Shown: one piece after another, positions 9,296 through 21,930 of the stretch
Layout of the letters: the number at the start of each line of letters is the position of its first letter
Numbering within the stretch: position 1 is the stretch's first letter
Assembly (NCBI GenBank): GCA_036380875.1
Contig: DASVDX010000071.1
Location: 4,041-68,040 of the forward strand
Origin: Acidimicrobiia bacterium
Lineage (GTDB): Bacteria; Actinomycetota; Acidimicrobiia; Spongiisociales; ZC4RG35
Length of the DNA: 64,000 nucleotides
Direction of reading: 5' to 3'
The notes under the pieces: model-generated
The model's database searches: none
What the model saw: only the letters and a program-made list of their open reading frames with translations
What the model was told of the DNA's origin: nothing
Made by a program: the position numbers and the translations under genes

Positions 9296-10007
9296 GGCCG
9301 TAACCGTCGTCGTCCCGACGTACAACGAGCGGGAGAACCTTCCTCATATCGCGGCCGCCATCCTGCTGCAGGGCTTCTCGCTGCTGGTGGTGGACGACAA
9401 CTCACCCGACGGTACGGGAGAGATCGCCGATTCGCTGGCCCGGGAAGCCCCGAGGCTCAGTGTCATCCATCGGATCGCCAAAGAAGGCCTCGGGCGGGCC
9501 TACGCCGCCGGGTTCGATCACGCCCTCGAGCAGGGAGCACGGATCGTGATCGAGATGGACGCCGACTTCTCCCACAACCCGATGGATCTGCCTCGCCTGG
9601 TCGAGGCTATCGACGCCGGCGCCGATCTGGCTATCGGCTCCCGCTACGTGCCCGGCGGGTCGACCCCGGACTGGCCCCTCCATCGCCGGCTGATCTCCCA
9701 GGCTGGGAATTGGTACGCCCGCACGATGCTGGGGCTGCCGATCCGAGATGCCACCGCCGGGTTTCGGGCCTACCGGGCCGAAGCTCTGAGGGCTCTTCCG
9801 TATCGCACCGCCCGGGCCTCGGGTTACGGGTTCCAGGTCGAGATGGCCTGGCGTGCCTACCAGGCCGGATTCGACATCCGGGAGGTCCCGATCGTCTTCC
9901 GCGACCGGGAGCAGGGGAAGTCGAAGATGGGGCTCGGGATCGTCCTGGAGGCGATGTGGCTCGTGACCAAATGGGGCATCGCCCGGAGGTTCGGGTCGGT
10001 CTCCTGA
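9285..10007 (+). CDS. ppm1: Polyprenol-phosphate mannose synthase (GT2, Ppm1/DPM1-like)
   Basis: It has the VVVPTYNE...DDNSPDGT...EMDADFSH glycosyltransferase-2 signature. The GTG start overlaps the previous stop. Confidence 0.8.
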   Translation: MPHEAVTVVVPTYNERENLPHIAAAILLQGFSLLVVDDNSPDGTGEIADSLAREAPRLSVIHRIAKEGLGRAYAAGFDHALEQGARIVIEMDADFSHNPMDLPRLVEAIDAGADLAIGSRYVPGGSTPDWPLHRRLISQAGNWYARTMLGLPIRDATAGFRAYRAEALRALPYRTARASGYGFQVEMAWRAYQAGFDIREVPIVFRDREQGKSKMGLGIVLEAMWLVTKWGIARRFGSVS

Positions 10008-10030
10008 CGCCGGTACGCTTCCCACGTCCC

Positions 10031-10540
10031 ATGCAGATAGTCGCCCGCCCCGCCGAAATCGTCGACGTCCCGCTTCTCGTAGGGCTCTACCGGCGCCTGG
10101 AAGCCGAGATGAAGGCGCTCCACCCGATGTGGCCGATCGCCGACGGCTTGCCGGAGCCGGTCGAGGCGGCGTTCAAGCAGGCGATCGAAAGCGACGACGC
10201 CGAGGTCCTCGTCGGGGAGATCGAAGGCGTCCCCTTCGGCTTTCTCTACGCCCGGGTCGAGCAGTTGCTGCCCCAATCACCCGATCCACGGGTCGGCTCG
10301 ATCCGTCTCATCTACACCGAAGACGAAGCCCGCGAGGTGGGTGTCGCCGAGGCCCTCCGCGACCAGGTCATGGAGATGTTTCGCGCCCGAGGGATCACGA
10401 AGTTCGACGCCCACGTCCTTCCCGGGCATCGCCTGGCCAAGAACTTCTTCGAAGCGGGTGGCTTCTCCGCCCGCTCCATCGTCATGCACCACGACGACAA
10501 CCCTCCGGAGAGGCGGAGCCGTGACCCGCGACCACGCTGA
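10031..10540 (+). CDS. GNAT-family N-acetyltransferase
   Basis: The fold is acetyltransferase-like (GFLYARV..., RGIT...). The N-terminus is trimmed to the ATG at 10031 after the ppm1 stop. Confidence 0.55.
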   Translation: MQIVARPAEIVDVPLLVGLYRRLEAEMKALHPMWPIADGLPEPVEAAFKQAIESDDAEVLVGEIEGVPFGFLYARVEQLLPQSPDPRVGSIRLIYTEDEAREVGVAEALRDQVMEMFRARGITKFDAHVLPGHRLAKNFFEAGGFSARSIVMHHDDNPPERRSRDPRPR

Positions 10541-10946
10541 GCGCCCTGTCCCCGGTGTCGGGGTAGCGGTCGTCTCCGATGGTCGCCTCCTCCTCGTCAA
10601 GCGAGGACGGGAACCTGGCAAGGGTCTGTGGGCGGTGCCCGGCGGCAAGGTGGAGTTGGGAGAGACTCTGACGGAAGCAGGGCGGAGGGAAGTCCGAGAG
10701 GAGACGGGTCTCGACGTGGAAGTGGGGGAGGTGGTGTGGGCGGGCGAGAGCATCGGGCCAGGCCCGACTCCTGCCTGGCACTACGTCCTCGTCGATTTCC
10801 TGGGCCGTCCGGCGGGCGGCGAACTGTCTCCCCAAGACGATGCCGCCGAGGTCGGGTGGTTCACCGCCCAGGAAGCCAGGGGCCTGCCGCTGACACCCAC
10901 GATGCCGGCCCTCATCGACCGACTGGAACGCCTCGGCGTGATCTGA
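10521..10946 (+). CDS. NUDIX hydrolase
   Basis: It carries a NUDIX box (GGKVELGETLTEAGRREVREETGL). The GTG start overlaps the GNAT stop. Confidence 0.75.
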   Translation: MTRDHAERPVPGVGVAVVSDGRLLLVKRGREPGKGLWAVPGGKVELGETLTEAGRREVREETGLDVEVGEVVWAGESIGPGPTPAWHYVLVDFLGRPAGGELSPQDDAAEVGWFTAQEARGLPLTPTMPALIDRLERLGVI

Positions 10947-10960
10947 CTGCCACGACCGCC

Positions 10961-12322
10961 ATGGCCGACCCCGCTACCGTCCCGAACGTGACCGACGACC
11001 CGACCGTCCAACTCCTCCAGGAACTCATCCGCAACAGGTGCGTCAACGACGGGACGCCCGAGTCGGGGCACGAGGAACGCTCGGTGCGGACTCTGGCGGA
11101 CTATCTGGGAGCGGAAGGGGAGGTGTTCGAGCCGTCGCCCGGCCGCCAATCCGTCGTGTATCGAGTGCCCGGAACCGACCGCGGCGCGCCGACACTGGTC
11201 CTACTGCCCCACCTGGACGTCGTGCCGGTCACCCTGGACGGATGGTCCGTCGATCCTTTCGCCGCCGAGATCGCCGACGGGTTCGTCTGGGGCCGGGGAG
11301 CCGTCGACATGCTCAACATCACGGCGGCGATGGCCACAGTCTTCCGTCCGTACCTGACCGGAGAGAAGACGATGCCCGGCGACCTCGTGTTCGCCGCCGT
11401 TGCCGACGAAGAAAACGCCGGCAAGCTCGGCGCCGAGTACCTGACGGAGAACCACTGGGACGTGGTGAAAGGTGATTACCTGCTGACCGAGGTCGCTTAT
11501 CCGTCGCTGTCGACGCCCAAAGGAGACGTCTACCCCGTGTCGGTGGGGGAGAAGGGGCCTTTCTGGACCGGACTCACCACGCGGGGGACGCCCGGACATG
11601 GTTCGGCCCCTTACGGCAGCCGGAACGCCCTCCGGCCGATGGTCGAGGCCCTGCACGGCGTGTTCTCGACCCCGATGCCCGTGTCGATCAGCGAGGAATG
11701 GAAGGAGTTCGTGACGAGTCTCGACCTCGACCCGGATCTCGCCGATGCGCTGGTGGATCCCGATCGGGTCGACGATGCGATCGACCGCCTGGCGGTGGAC
11801 GACCCCGCTTTCGCCCGTTACGTGCACGCCGCCACCCACCTGACGATCTCGCCGAACATCCTCGAGGGCGGGGCGAAGGTCAACGTCGTCCCCGACGAGG
11901 CCCGCGCCGAACTCGACATGCGCGGCCTTCCCGGCATGGATCGGCGCTTCGTGGACGAGCACCTGCGGAAGGCGATGGGTGCCGCCGCCGACCAGGTCGA
12001 GATCGTCCCGATCGACGATTTCCCGCCCACCAGCTCGGAGCGGGGCAACCCGCTATGGGAGGCGATAGGTGACGCCATCGAGCATCACACCGGCTCGAGA
12101 AGGGTGGTGCCCGCAGTCATGACGGTGGCGACCGACGCCCGGTTCTTCCGTCGCCGGGGAACCGTCGCATACGGGGTCGGCCTCTATGACGGGCGGGTCC
12201 AGTTCGGGGAGTTCCTCAGCCTCTTCCACGGGAACGACGAGCGAGTGACGGTCGAATCGGTGATCCGGACCACGCGGCTGCTCGAGACCGTCCTGGAACG
12301 CTTCGCAGCCCGCACGTCATGA
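10961..12322 (+). CDS. M20-family metallopeptidase (dipeptidase / desuccinylase-like)
   Basis: It has the HLDVVP metal-binding motif, an acidic catalytic region, and M20 dimerisation-domain features. Length is about 453 aa. Confidence 0.75.
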   Translation: MADPATVPNVTDDPTVQLLQELIRNRCVNDGTPESGHEERSVRTLADYLGAEGEVFEPSPGRQSVVYRVPGTDRGAPTLVLLPHLDVVPVTLDGWSVDPFAAEIADGFVWGRGAVDMLNITAAMATVFRPYLTGEKTMPGDLVFAAVADEENAGKLGAEYLTENHWDVVKGDYLLTEVAYPSLSTPKGDVYPVSVGEKGPFWTGLTTRGTPGHGSAPYGSRNALRPMVEALHGVFSTPMPVSISEEWKEFVTSLDLDPDLADALVDPDRVDDAIDRLAVDDPAFARYVHAATHLTISPNILEGGAKVNVVPDEARAELDMRGLPGMDRRFVDEHLRKAMGAAADQVEIVPIDDFPPTSSERGNPLWEAIGDAIEHHTGSRRVVPAVMTVATDARFFRRRGTVAYGVGLYDGRVQFGEFLSLFHGNDERVTVESVIRTTRLLETVLERFAARTS

Positions 12323-13092
12323 GCGCGGGGGTCGTCGTCGATCTCGACGGAGTCGTCTATCGCGGCTCGACGGCGATCTCCGGGGCGGCGGAGGCACTCA
12401 CGGCGCTCGACGCAGCCGGCTTCGACCTCCACTTCGTCACGAACAACTCCGCCCGAACTCCCGAAGTGGTCGCTGAGCGAATCACCACCATCGTGGGCTA
12501 CCAGGCGCGGGCCGACCAAATCGTGACGTCTTCCATCGTGGCGGCGAGCATGATCGAGGAGGGCCCGGTGCTCATGATGGGGGAGAGCGGTCTCGAAGCG
12601 GCCATCCTGGGAGCGGGCTTCGAGATCACGGAAGACCCCCGGGAGGCGCGGACAGTGGTGGTGGGTCTCGACCGGAAGCTGAGTTACGAGCGGGCGGCGC
12701 GCGCCGCCGACGCGGCTCGGGCCGGCGCCCGCTTGATCGTCACCAATCGAGACTCGACCTTCCCGATCGAGAACGGAGGCTTGCAGCCCGGAGCCGGAGC
12801 CTGCGCAGCCCTGGTGGAGACGGCAGCGGGAGTCGTGGGGGAGACCGCCGGCAAGCCCACTGAAGCGATGCGGCGGTGGGTCGAACGACGGATCCCCGAG
12901 GGGACGATATGGATCGTCGGCGACAGGGCAGACACAGACATCGCGTTGGCCGTCGGCGAGAGGTGGCGTTCGATCCTCGTGCTGACCGGAGTCACGTCCG
13001 ATCCCGAGACAGCCGACCCGGCACCGGACTTCGTCGCCGCCAACCTGAAGGCGGCCGCAGACATCATCCTGGCCGCCGAACCTGAGGGATAA
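12319..13092 (+). CDS. HAD-IIA family hydrolase (NagD-like sugar phosphatase)
   Basis: The N-terminus VVDLDGVVY is the DxDGT/V motif. There is a VTNNS motif and a C-terminal GDRxxTD. It occupies the position of the mycobacterial Rv1692-like gene before tlyA. Confidence 0.75.
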   Translation: MSAGVVVDLDGVVYRGSTAISGAAEALTALDAAGFDLHFVTNNSARTPEVVAERITTIVGYQARADQIVTSSIVAASMIEEGPVLMMGESGLEAAILGAGFEITEDPREARTVVVGLDRKLSYERAARAADAARAGARLIVTNRDSTFPIENGGLQPGAGACAALVETAAGVVGETAGKPTEAMRRWVERRIPEGTIWIVGDRADTDIALAVGERWRSILVLTGVTSDPETADPAPDFVAANLKAAADIILAAEPEG

Positions 13093-13248
13093 TGCCTCCC
13101 ATGGAGGTGACACCGGAAGAGCGGCAGCGGCTGGAAGAGGCCCTCGCCGAACTCGAAAGCCTGGATCCGGCTGAGCTGCCCGCCCCGGCAGCCCGACTGG
13201 CGGATCTGTTGAGCCGGATGCTCGATCCGGGCGAGGAGGAGATCTGAG
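13092..13248 (+). CDS. Small conserved hypothetical protein (51 aa)
   Basis: It is a short ORF between the HAD gene and tlyA, in the position of a small conserved actinobacterial gene. It is below the ORF-track length threshold, so I read it by eye. Confidence 0.35.
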
Positions 13249-13258
13249 CCGTCTCCGC

Positions 13259-14008
13259 TTGGACGCCGAGCTGGTGCGGCGCGGCCTGGCGCCCTCCCGG
13301 GCCGAGGCGAAGCGACTGGTCGAGGAGCGCGCCGTCGCCGTGAGAGGCGTCCCCACCCCCAAACCGACCACGCTCGTCGCTCCCGACACTCCGATCGAGC
13401 TGGTGGGAGAGCCGAGTCGCTACGTGAGCCGCGGCGCCATCAAGCTGGAAGGAGCGTTGGACGATTTCGGCATCGAGGTGAGGGGCCGTCGTGCGCTCGA
13501 CGCCGGCGCCTCCACCGGCGGCTTCACCCAGGTTCTGCTCGAGCGGGGTGCGGCCGAAGTCGTCGCCCTCGACGTCGGCTACGGTCAGCTCGATCAGCGA
13601 CTCCGGGACGATGATCGCGTCGTGGTGATGGAACGCACCAATCTCCGCTATGTCACTCCCGAAGACACGGGCGGGCGGTTCTCGCTCTTAGTGGCCGATC
13701 TGTCGTTCATATCGCTCTGCACGGTCGCATCGGCTCTCGCCGGGCTGGTCGAAGCCGACGCCGATCTCGTCCTCCTGGTGAAGCCTCAGTTCGAGGCGGG
13801 AAAGGGCGAGGTCGGCAGCGGAGGGATCGTGAGGGACGACCGGGTAAGGCGGCGTGCGATCGAGAAGGTACTCGCCTGCCTCGCCGACGAAGGGCTGTCC
13901 CCGATCGGAATCACCCCGTCTCGTATCCCGGGCGCCGGCGGGAACCGGGAAGTCTTCGTTTGGTGCCGGCCCGGAGCGGAACCGGTCGACCTCGAGGTGC
14001 CGGAGTGA
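13259..14008 (+). CDS. tlyA: 16S/23S rRNA (cytidine-2'-O)-methyltransferase TlyA
   Basis: It has an S4-like N-terminus, the FtsJ-type SAM motif (LDAGASTGGFTQ) and a VKPQFE motif. It is followed by nadK and recN, as in Mycobacterium. Confidence 0.85.
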   Translation: MDAELVRRGLAPSRAEAKRLVEERAVAVRGVPTPKPTTLVAPDTPIELVGEPSRYVSRGAIKLEGALDDFGIEVRGRRALDAGASTGGFTQVLLERGAAEVVALDVGYGQLDQRLRDDDRVVVMERTNLRYVTPEDTGGRFSLLVADLSFISLCTVASALAGLVEADADLVLLVKPQFEAGKGEVGSGGIVRDDRVRRRAIEKVLACLADEGLSPIGITPSRIPGAGGNREVFVWCRPGAEPVDLEVPE

Positions 14009-14817
14009 AGCTCGGTCTGGTGGTCCACGAAGGTCGGGGTGACGTCATCGATTTCGCCCGGCGTTTCGTCGATGCGGCGGAGCGCGCCGGGCTCGTGGCT
14101 GTGGCCGATCCCGAGGTGGCGCAGATGGTCGATTCCGAGCGCCTGGCCCCGGGCACTCCCGACGTGGTCGTAGCGGTGGGCGGCGACGGCACGATGCTCC
14201 AGGCAGTGCAGGTCGCCCTCGCCCACGACGCTCCCGTCTTCGGGTTCAATCTCGGCACGATCGGCTTCCTCACCGAAGTCGAACCCGAAGAACTGGAGGG
14301 TGCCGTGGAGGCTCTGGCCGCGGAGAGATTCGAGGTCGTTCCGCGTATGGGGATCCAGGCGACGCTCAACGGTGCCACAGCGCAAGGCCTCAACGACGTG
14401 GTGGTGGAGAAGGTGGACACGCTGCGGCTCATCCACCTCGAGGTCGACATCGACGGCACCCGCTTCATGACCTATCGGGCGGACGGACTCATCGTCGCCA
14501 CCCCGACCGGTTCCACCGCCTATTCGTTCTCCGCCGGCGGCCCGCTCGTGGACCATTCGATCGAGTCGATCCTGCTCACCCCCGTAGCCCCCCACTCGCT
14601 GTTCGGGCGGACCGTCGTCCTGTCACCGGACTCGCACATCGAGATCCGGGTGACGAGAGACCGCCCCGCCCGCGTGAGTGTCGACAAGGAGCCCCTCGGA
14701 CCGGCACAATCGGACGACGTGGTCGTCATCACACGTGCCCCCAATCCGGTGCGGTTCCTTCGGTTCCGTCCTCGCTCGTTCCCCCGTACTCTCACCGAGA
14801 AGTTCGGCCTGGGATGA
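14005..14817 (+). CDS. nadK: NAD kinase
   Basis: The GGDGT motif (VAVGGDGTML), an NE/D short motif and a conserved C-terminal region support the call. The GTG start overlaps the tlyA stop. Confidence 0.85.
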   Translation: MKLGLVVHEGRGDVIDFARRFVDAAERAGLVAVADPEVAQMVDSERLAPGTPDVVVAVGGDGTMLQAVQVALAHDAPVFGFNLGTIGFLTEVEPEELEGAVEALAAERFEVVPRMGIQATLNGATAQGLNDVVVEKVDTLRLIHLEVDIDGTRFMTYRADGLIVATPTGSTAYSFSAGGPLVDHSIESILLTPVAPHSLFGRTVVLSPDSHIEIRVTRDRPARVSVDKEPLGPAQSDDVVVITRAPNPVRFLRFRPRSFPRTLTEKFGLG

Positions 14818-14821
14818 AGGG

Positions 14822-16420
14822 ATGATCGACGAGCTCGTCGTTCGCAACCTCGGTGTCATATCGACCGCCCGCCTGGAGCCCGGACCGGGGCTGACCGTCA
14901 TCACCGGTGAAACCGGAACCGGCAAGACCCTCCTTCTCGGGGCCCTGCGGCTCCTTCTAGGAGGGGAGGCGAGGTCGGACCTGGTGGGTCCGTTCGGAGA
15001 CGAGGCGGTCGTCGACGGACGGTTCTTCGACGCCGACGGCAACGAGATCGGCGCCTCCCGTCGTCTCCCGCGGGACGGGCGGAGCAAGGCGTATCTCGAC
15101 GGGTCGGTGGCGTCTGCCCGCGCCCTGGAGGAACGGGTGGCGGGAATGGTCGACATCGTGGGCCAACACGACCAGCTGTCGCTCACCCGCCCCTCCGAAG
15201 CCCGGCAACTGGTGGATCGGCTCCTCGACGAGGAAGGGCGCGCAGCCCTCGATGCCTACCGGCGAGCGTGGGAATCGCTCTCCGATGCCCGCAGTGCCCG
15301 CGAAAAACTGGGTGGCGATCGCGCCGCCCTCGCCCGCGAGCTGGACTTGGTCACGTTCCAAGCCGACGAAATCGCCCGTTCCGGGTTCCAGCCCGGTGAC
15401 GACGTGGAGCTCACCCGTCTTTCCGATCGCCTTCGCCACGCCGATGAGATCGCGGGCCTGCTCGACGAGGCAATGACGCGCCTCGACGCCTCACGCGAGG
15501 AGGCGGGGGCTGCGGTGACGGCCCTGCGGAAAGCTGCCCGACTGGACCCGACATTGGAGGAGCTGGCCGAGTCGCTCGCCGGTACGGCAGCCGCCCTCGA
15601 CGACCATGCCCACGACGCGCGCGTCTACGCCGACTCGATGGAGCTCGACCCCGATGAGCTGGCTTCCGTGGAGAGCCGGCTGACACTCCTCGGCGAGTTG
15701 CGCCGCAAGTACGGCAACACGCTGGAGGAGATCCTGGCGTTCGGCGCCCGAGCGGAACGGCGCAAAGGGGAACTCGAGTCGCTGATCGGCCGCGCCGAGC
15801 GCATCGACGACGAGGTGCGGGTGGCCGAAGAGGAGGTGACCGTCGCTGGGGGCCGCCTCAGAGATGCGAGGCGACGGGCGGCGGCAAAGCTGGCCGAGGT
15901 GGCGAGAGAGCATCTCACCGACCTCGGCTTCAGCGACCCCCTGGTCGAGGTGTCGGTGGAGCCCACCGAAGCGGGACCGAGCGGCGCCGACGCGGTGACG
16001 CTCCTCTTCGCCTCCGACTCGAGGCTGAGCCCGGGGCCCGTGGCGTCGGTCGCCTCGGGAGGCGAGCTGAGCCGACTGGTGCTGTCCTTGCGACTGGCAG
16101 GGGGTCGAGGCCGGAGCGAGACGCTGGTGTTCGACGAGATAGATGCCGGAATCGGCGGGGCGACTGCCCTCGCCCTCGGCCGCAAGCTGGCGGCGTTGGC
16201 CAGTGAACGCCAGGTGCTGTGCGTCACCCATCTCCCGCAGGTGGCGGCGTTCGCCGACCGCCACTATGTCGTGCGCCGCGACGGCAACACCGCTACCGCC
16301 GAAAGGGTCGAAGGCGAAGAGAGGGTGGCCGAGCTGTCGCGGATGCTGGCCGGGCTTCCCGAGTCCGAACGCGGTCGGGAAGCGGCAGAAGAGCTGCTGG
16401 AGATGGCCTCGTCCGGCTGA
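14822..16420 (+). CDS. recN: DNA repair protein RecN
   Basis: It has an SMC-like N-terminal Walker A (GETGTGKT), coiled-coil middle region and C-terminal signature/Walker B. Length is about 532 aa. Confidence 0.85.
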   Translation: MIDELVVRNLGVISTARLEPGPGLTVITGETGTGKTLLLGALRLLLGGEARSDLVGPFGDEAVVDGRFFDADGNEIGASRRLPRDGRSKAYLDGSVASARALEERVAGMVDIVGQHDQLSLTRPSEARQLVDRLLDEEGRAALDAYRRAWESLSDARSAREKLGGDRAALARELDLVTFQADEIARSGFQPGDDVELTRLSDRLRHADEIAGLLDEAMTRLDASREEAGAAVTALRKAARLDPTLEELAESLAGTAAALDDHAHDARVYADSMELDPDELASVESRLTLLGELRRKYGNTLEEILAFGARAERRKGELESLIGRAERIDDEVRVAEEEVTVAGGRLRDARRRAAAKLAEVAREHLTDLGFSDPLVEVSVEPTEAGPSGADAVTLLFASDSRLSPGPVASVASGGELSRLVLSLRLAGGRGRSETLVFDEIDAGIGGATALALGRKLAALASERQVLCVTHLPQVAAFADRHYVVRRDGNTATAERVEGEERVAELSRMLAGLPESERGREAAEELLEMASSG

Positions 16421-16467
16421 CGGGGGACCGGCCGGTCGGAATATCGCCGCGGCGCTACTCTGCGGGT

Positions 16468-17235
16468 ATGGGATGGAGCCACATCCGGGTCGAACACTCC
16501 AGCCCCCGACTGACGATCACCCTCGATCGTCCTGACAAACGCAATGCGCTGAGCCTGGAGTTGATGACCGAGACGGTGAAGGCACTCAGGGAAGTGCCGG
16601 ACGACGTGCGGGTGGTGGTCCTCGCGGCCGACGGACCGGCATTCTCCGCCGGGCACGACCTCGCCGAGATGATCGGCCGGGAGGCGAGCTTCTATCAGGA
16701 GCTGTTCGCCGTCTGCACCGAGATGATGACCACCATCCAACAGATCCCCCAGCCGGTCATCGCCCGGGTGCACGGCGTGGCCACTGCCGCGGGCTGCCAG
16801 CTCGTTGCTTCGTGCGACCTGGCGGTCGCCTCCACCGAAGCGTGGTTCGCCACCCCCGGCGTCAGGATCGGGCTGTTCTGCACCACTCCGGCGGTGCCGC
16901 TGGTGCGGGCGATCGGCCGAAAGCGGGCGATGGAGATGTTGCTCACCGCCAGGCCGGTGGACGCCGCCACCGCCCTCGAGTGGGGGCTGGTCAACCGGGT
17001 CGTGCCGCCCGAAGACCTCGACCCGGCCATCGACGAGTACGTCGAGACCATCAGCTCGTACAGCGCCCACGTCATCGCCTTGGGCAAGGAGACCTTCTAC
17101 CGCCAAGCGGGCCGACCCATCGACGAGGCCTACGCCATTGCCCAGCCCGTGATGGCCGACAACGCCGGCGCTCCCCACGCCCAGGAGGGCATGTCGGCGT
17201 TCCTCGAGAAACGCCAGCCCATCTGGCCCGACTGA
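16468..17235 (+). CDS. Enoyl-CoA hydratase/isomerase family protein
   Basis: It has a crotonase fold with FSAGHDL and GVATAAGCQL motifs. Confidence 0.75.
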   Translation: MGWSHIRVEHSSPRLTITLDRPDKRNALSLELMTETVKALREVPDDVRVVVLAADGPAFSAGHDLAEMIGREASFYQELFAVCTEMMTTIQQIPQPVIARVHGVATAAGCQLVASCDLAVASTEAWFATPGVRIGLFCTTPAVPLVRAIGRKRAMEMLLTARPVDAATALEWGLVNRVVPPEDLDPAIDEYVETISSYSAHVIALGKETFYRQAGRPIDEAYAIAQPVMADNAGAPHAQEGMSAFLEKRQPIWPD

Positions 17236-17257
17236 CACCTCTCCGGAGGCAGATGAG

Positions 17258-18862
17258 ATGGACCGCGTCGACGTCACCCAGCTGACCCCGCTCCTCTTCC
17301 TGGAGCGATCAGCCCAGGTGTTCCCCGACAAGGTGGCGATCTCCTACGGGGAACGAACCGTCACCCATGCCGAAATGGCTGAAGAGACCCAGGCCGTCGC
17401 CGCCGGGCTGGCGGCGCTGGGCGTCGACGAGGGGGACAGGGTCGCCTACCTGCTGCCCAACATCCCTGAGATGCTCATCGGCCACTTCGCCGTGCCGCTG
17501 CTCAGGGGGATGCTGGTGGCGATCAACATCCGACTGTCGCCCGAGGAGATCAGCTACATCCTCCAGCACTCCGGATCGAAAGTGCTGGTGGTCGACACGG
17601 TGCTGCTCGAGCCACTGGTCGACGTCTTGTCGGAGTGCCCGGAGCTGCGGATGGTCGTCCAGGTCGCCGATGCCGCCCCTGCACTGCCGCTCTCATCCCC
17701 TTCGATGACGTACCAAGAGTTGGTGCAGAACGGCACCGGCGGATGGCGGGAGTGGCGGGTCGACGACGAGCTGCGCCCGATCTCGATCAACTACACATCG
17801 GGCACCACAGGGCGCCCCAAGGGTGTCCAGTACAGCCATCGAGGTGCCCATCTCAACTCTCTGGCCGAGCTGGTGCACGCCCGGGTCGGCCCGGACTCGG
17901 TCTATCTCTGGACGCTTCCCATGTTCCACTGCAACGGCTGGTGCTTCACCTGGGCCGTCACCGCCGTTGGCGCTCGCCACGTGTGCCTCCGATCCGTCGA
18001 CTTCGACGAGATCTGGCGGCTGATCGACACCGAAGGTGTGACGCACTTCAACGGAGCTCCTCCCGTCCTCGCCGGCGTCGCCTATCACGAGAAGGCGAAG
18101 CAGCTTCCGGAGGGGTTCACGATCACCACTGCGGCCGCCCCGCCCAACCCGACCACCCTGGCGCGGCTCGAGGAACTGGGAGCACACATCGTCCACGTGT
18201 ACGGGCTCACCGAGACGTACGGGCCATACACGGTGTGTGAATGGCAGCCGGATTGGAAGTCCCTCGAAAGCGACGAGCGGGCCTCGATGCTCAAGCGCCA
18301 AGGCGTCGCCTACCTCGGAGCAGACCCGATCCGTGTCGTGGACGAGGACATGAACGACGTGCCCAAGGACGCCGAGACGCTGGGTGAGGTCGTGATGCGG
18401 GGCAACAACGTGATGCTCGGCTACTACAACGACCCCGAAGCCACCGAAAAGGCGTTCCGCGGCGGCTGGTTCCACTCCGGGGACCTCGCCGTGTGGCACC
18501 CCGACGGCTATATCGAACTGCGGGATCGGTCGAAGGACATCATCATCTCCGGCGGGGAGAACATCTCCACGATCGAGGTCGAGCAGGCGATTCTCTCCCA
18601 CCCGGCGGCCCTGGAAGCGGCGGTGGTTGCCATCCCGGACGAGGAGTGGGGGGAGCGACCCAAGGCGTTCGTCGTGCTCAGGCCGGGATCGGAGGCATCG
18701 GAGGGGGACATCATCGCGCACGTTCGGGATCGGCTCGCCCATTACAAGGCGCCTGACGCGGTCGAGTTCGTCGACGAGTTGCCCAAGACCTCGACGGGCA
18801 AGATCCAGAAGTTCGTGCTCCGGGAGAAGGAGTGGGCCAGCCACGACCGGCGCATCAACTGA
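17258..18862 (+). CDS. AMP-dependent acyl-CoA synthetase/ligase
   Basis: The AMP-binding motif YTSGTTGRPKGV, the GYG/TE region and a C-terminal lysine (TGKIQK) are present. Confidence 0.8.
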   Translation: MDRVDVTQLTPLLFLERSAQVFPDKVAISYGERTVTHAEMAEETQAVAAGLAALGVDEGDRVAYLLPNIPEMLIGHFAVPLLRGMLVAINIRLSPEEISYILQHSGSKVLVVDTVLLEPLVDVLSECPELRMVVQVADAAPALPLSSPSMTYQELVQNGTGGWREWRVDDELRPISINYTSGTTGRPKGVQYSHRGAHLNSLAELVHARVGPDSVYLWTLPMFHCNGWCFTWAVTAVGARHVCLRSVDFDEIWRLIDTEGVTHFNGAPPVLAGVAYHEKAKQLPEGFTITTAAAPPNPTTLARLEELGAHIVHVYGLTETYGPYTVCEWQPDWKSLESDERASMLKRQGVAYLGADPIRVVDEDMNDVPKDAETLGEVVMRGNNVMLGYYNDPEATEKAFRGGWFHSGDLAVWHPDGYIELRDRSKDIIISGGENISTIEVEQAILSHPAALEAAVVAIPDEEWGERPKAFVVLRPGSEASEGDIIAHVRDRLAHYKAPDAVEFVDELPKTSTGKIQKFVLREKEWASHDRRIN

Positions 18863-18892
18863 CGGGAGAGGAACGCCCCTAGAGTCCGGGGA

Positions 18893-19642
18893 ATGGCTAT
18901 CACCACCCTCGTCTCCGGCGTGCCCGGCAAGCTGGCTACGGCCGTCGCCAGAGGCCTGCGCCAGGCGCCCGATATCGAACTCGTCGCCGTCCACAACCCC
19001 TCGCGTGCCGGCGAGTGGGAGGGGGTCCCCTACGTCGACGAAGCGGTCGAGGTCGACGTGATCGTCGAGGCCGCGCCGACCGGTCCGGTCATGGACAACC
19101 TGGCACGGTGGCGCCGAACCGGGGCGGCGGTCGTGGTCGGAACCTCCGGCTTCACCCGGGAACGCATCGACGAGGTCCGGCGGCTCTGGGAAGGCGCCGA
19201 GAAGGCGTGCCTGATCGTGCCCAACTTCTCCATCGGCGCCGTGCTGATGATGCGGTTCGCCGAGCTGGCGGCGCCTCATTTCGCCACAGTCGAGATCGTC
19301 GAACGTCACAGCGAGCGGAAACCCGACGCCCCCTCCGGCACCGCCCTGCAGACGGCGGCCCGGGTCGCCGCCGCCGGCGGGCGCTCGCAGCCCAAGTCGG
19401 AGGAGTTGGTCGCCGGTGCGCTCGGAGGAGATGTGGAAGGAGTCCACGTCCACTCGCTGCGCCTGGCCGGGCTCCTCTCGCACCAAGAGGTGGCGTTCAC
19501 CAACTCAGGAGAGCAATTCTCGATCGTCCACCAGTCCACCTCCTACGACTCGTTTGCAGCGGGAGCTGTGGCTGCGGTGCGGGCCGTGGTCGACATGCAA
19601 GGTGTGGCGGTGGGGCTCGACGACGTGCTGGGGCTGAAATGA
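18893..19642 (+). CDS. dapB: 4-hydroxy-tetrahydrodipicolinate reductase
   Basis: It has the E(I/V)VERHHxxKxDAPSGTA signature (IVERHSERKPDAPSGTAL) and an N-terminal Rossmann fold. Confidence 0.8.
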   Translation: MAITTLVSGVPGKLATAVARGLRQAPDIELVAVHNPSRAGEWEGVPYVDEAVEVDVIVEAAPTGPVMDNLARWRRTGAAVVVGTSGFTRERIDEVRRLWEGAEKACLIVPNFSIGAVLMMRFAELAAPHFATVEIVERHSERKPDAPSGTALQTAARVAAAGGRSQPKSEELVAGALGGDVEGVHVHSLRLAGLLSHQEVAFTNSGEQFSIVHQSTSYDSFAAGAVAAVRAVVDMQGVAVGLDDVLGLK

Positions 19643-21908
<2,266 letters not shown>

Positions 21909-21930
<22 letters not shown>
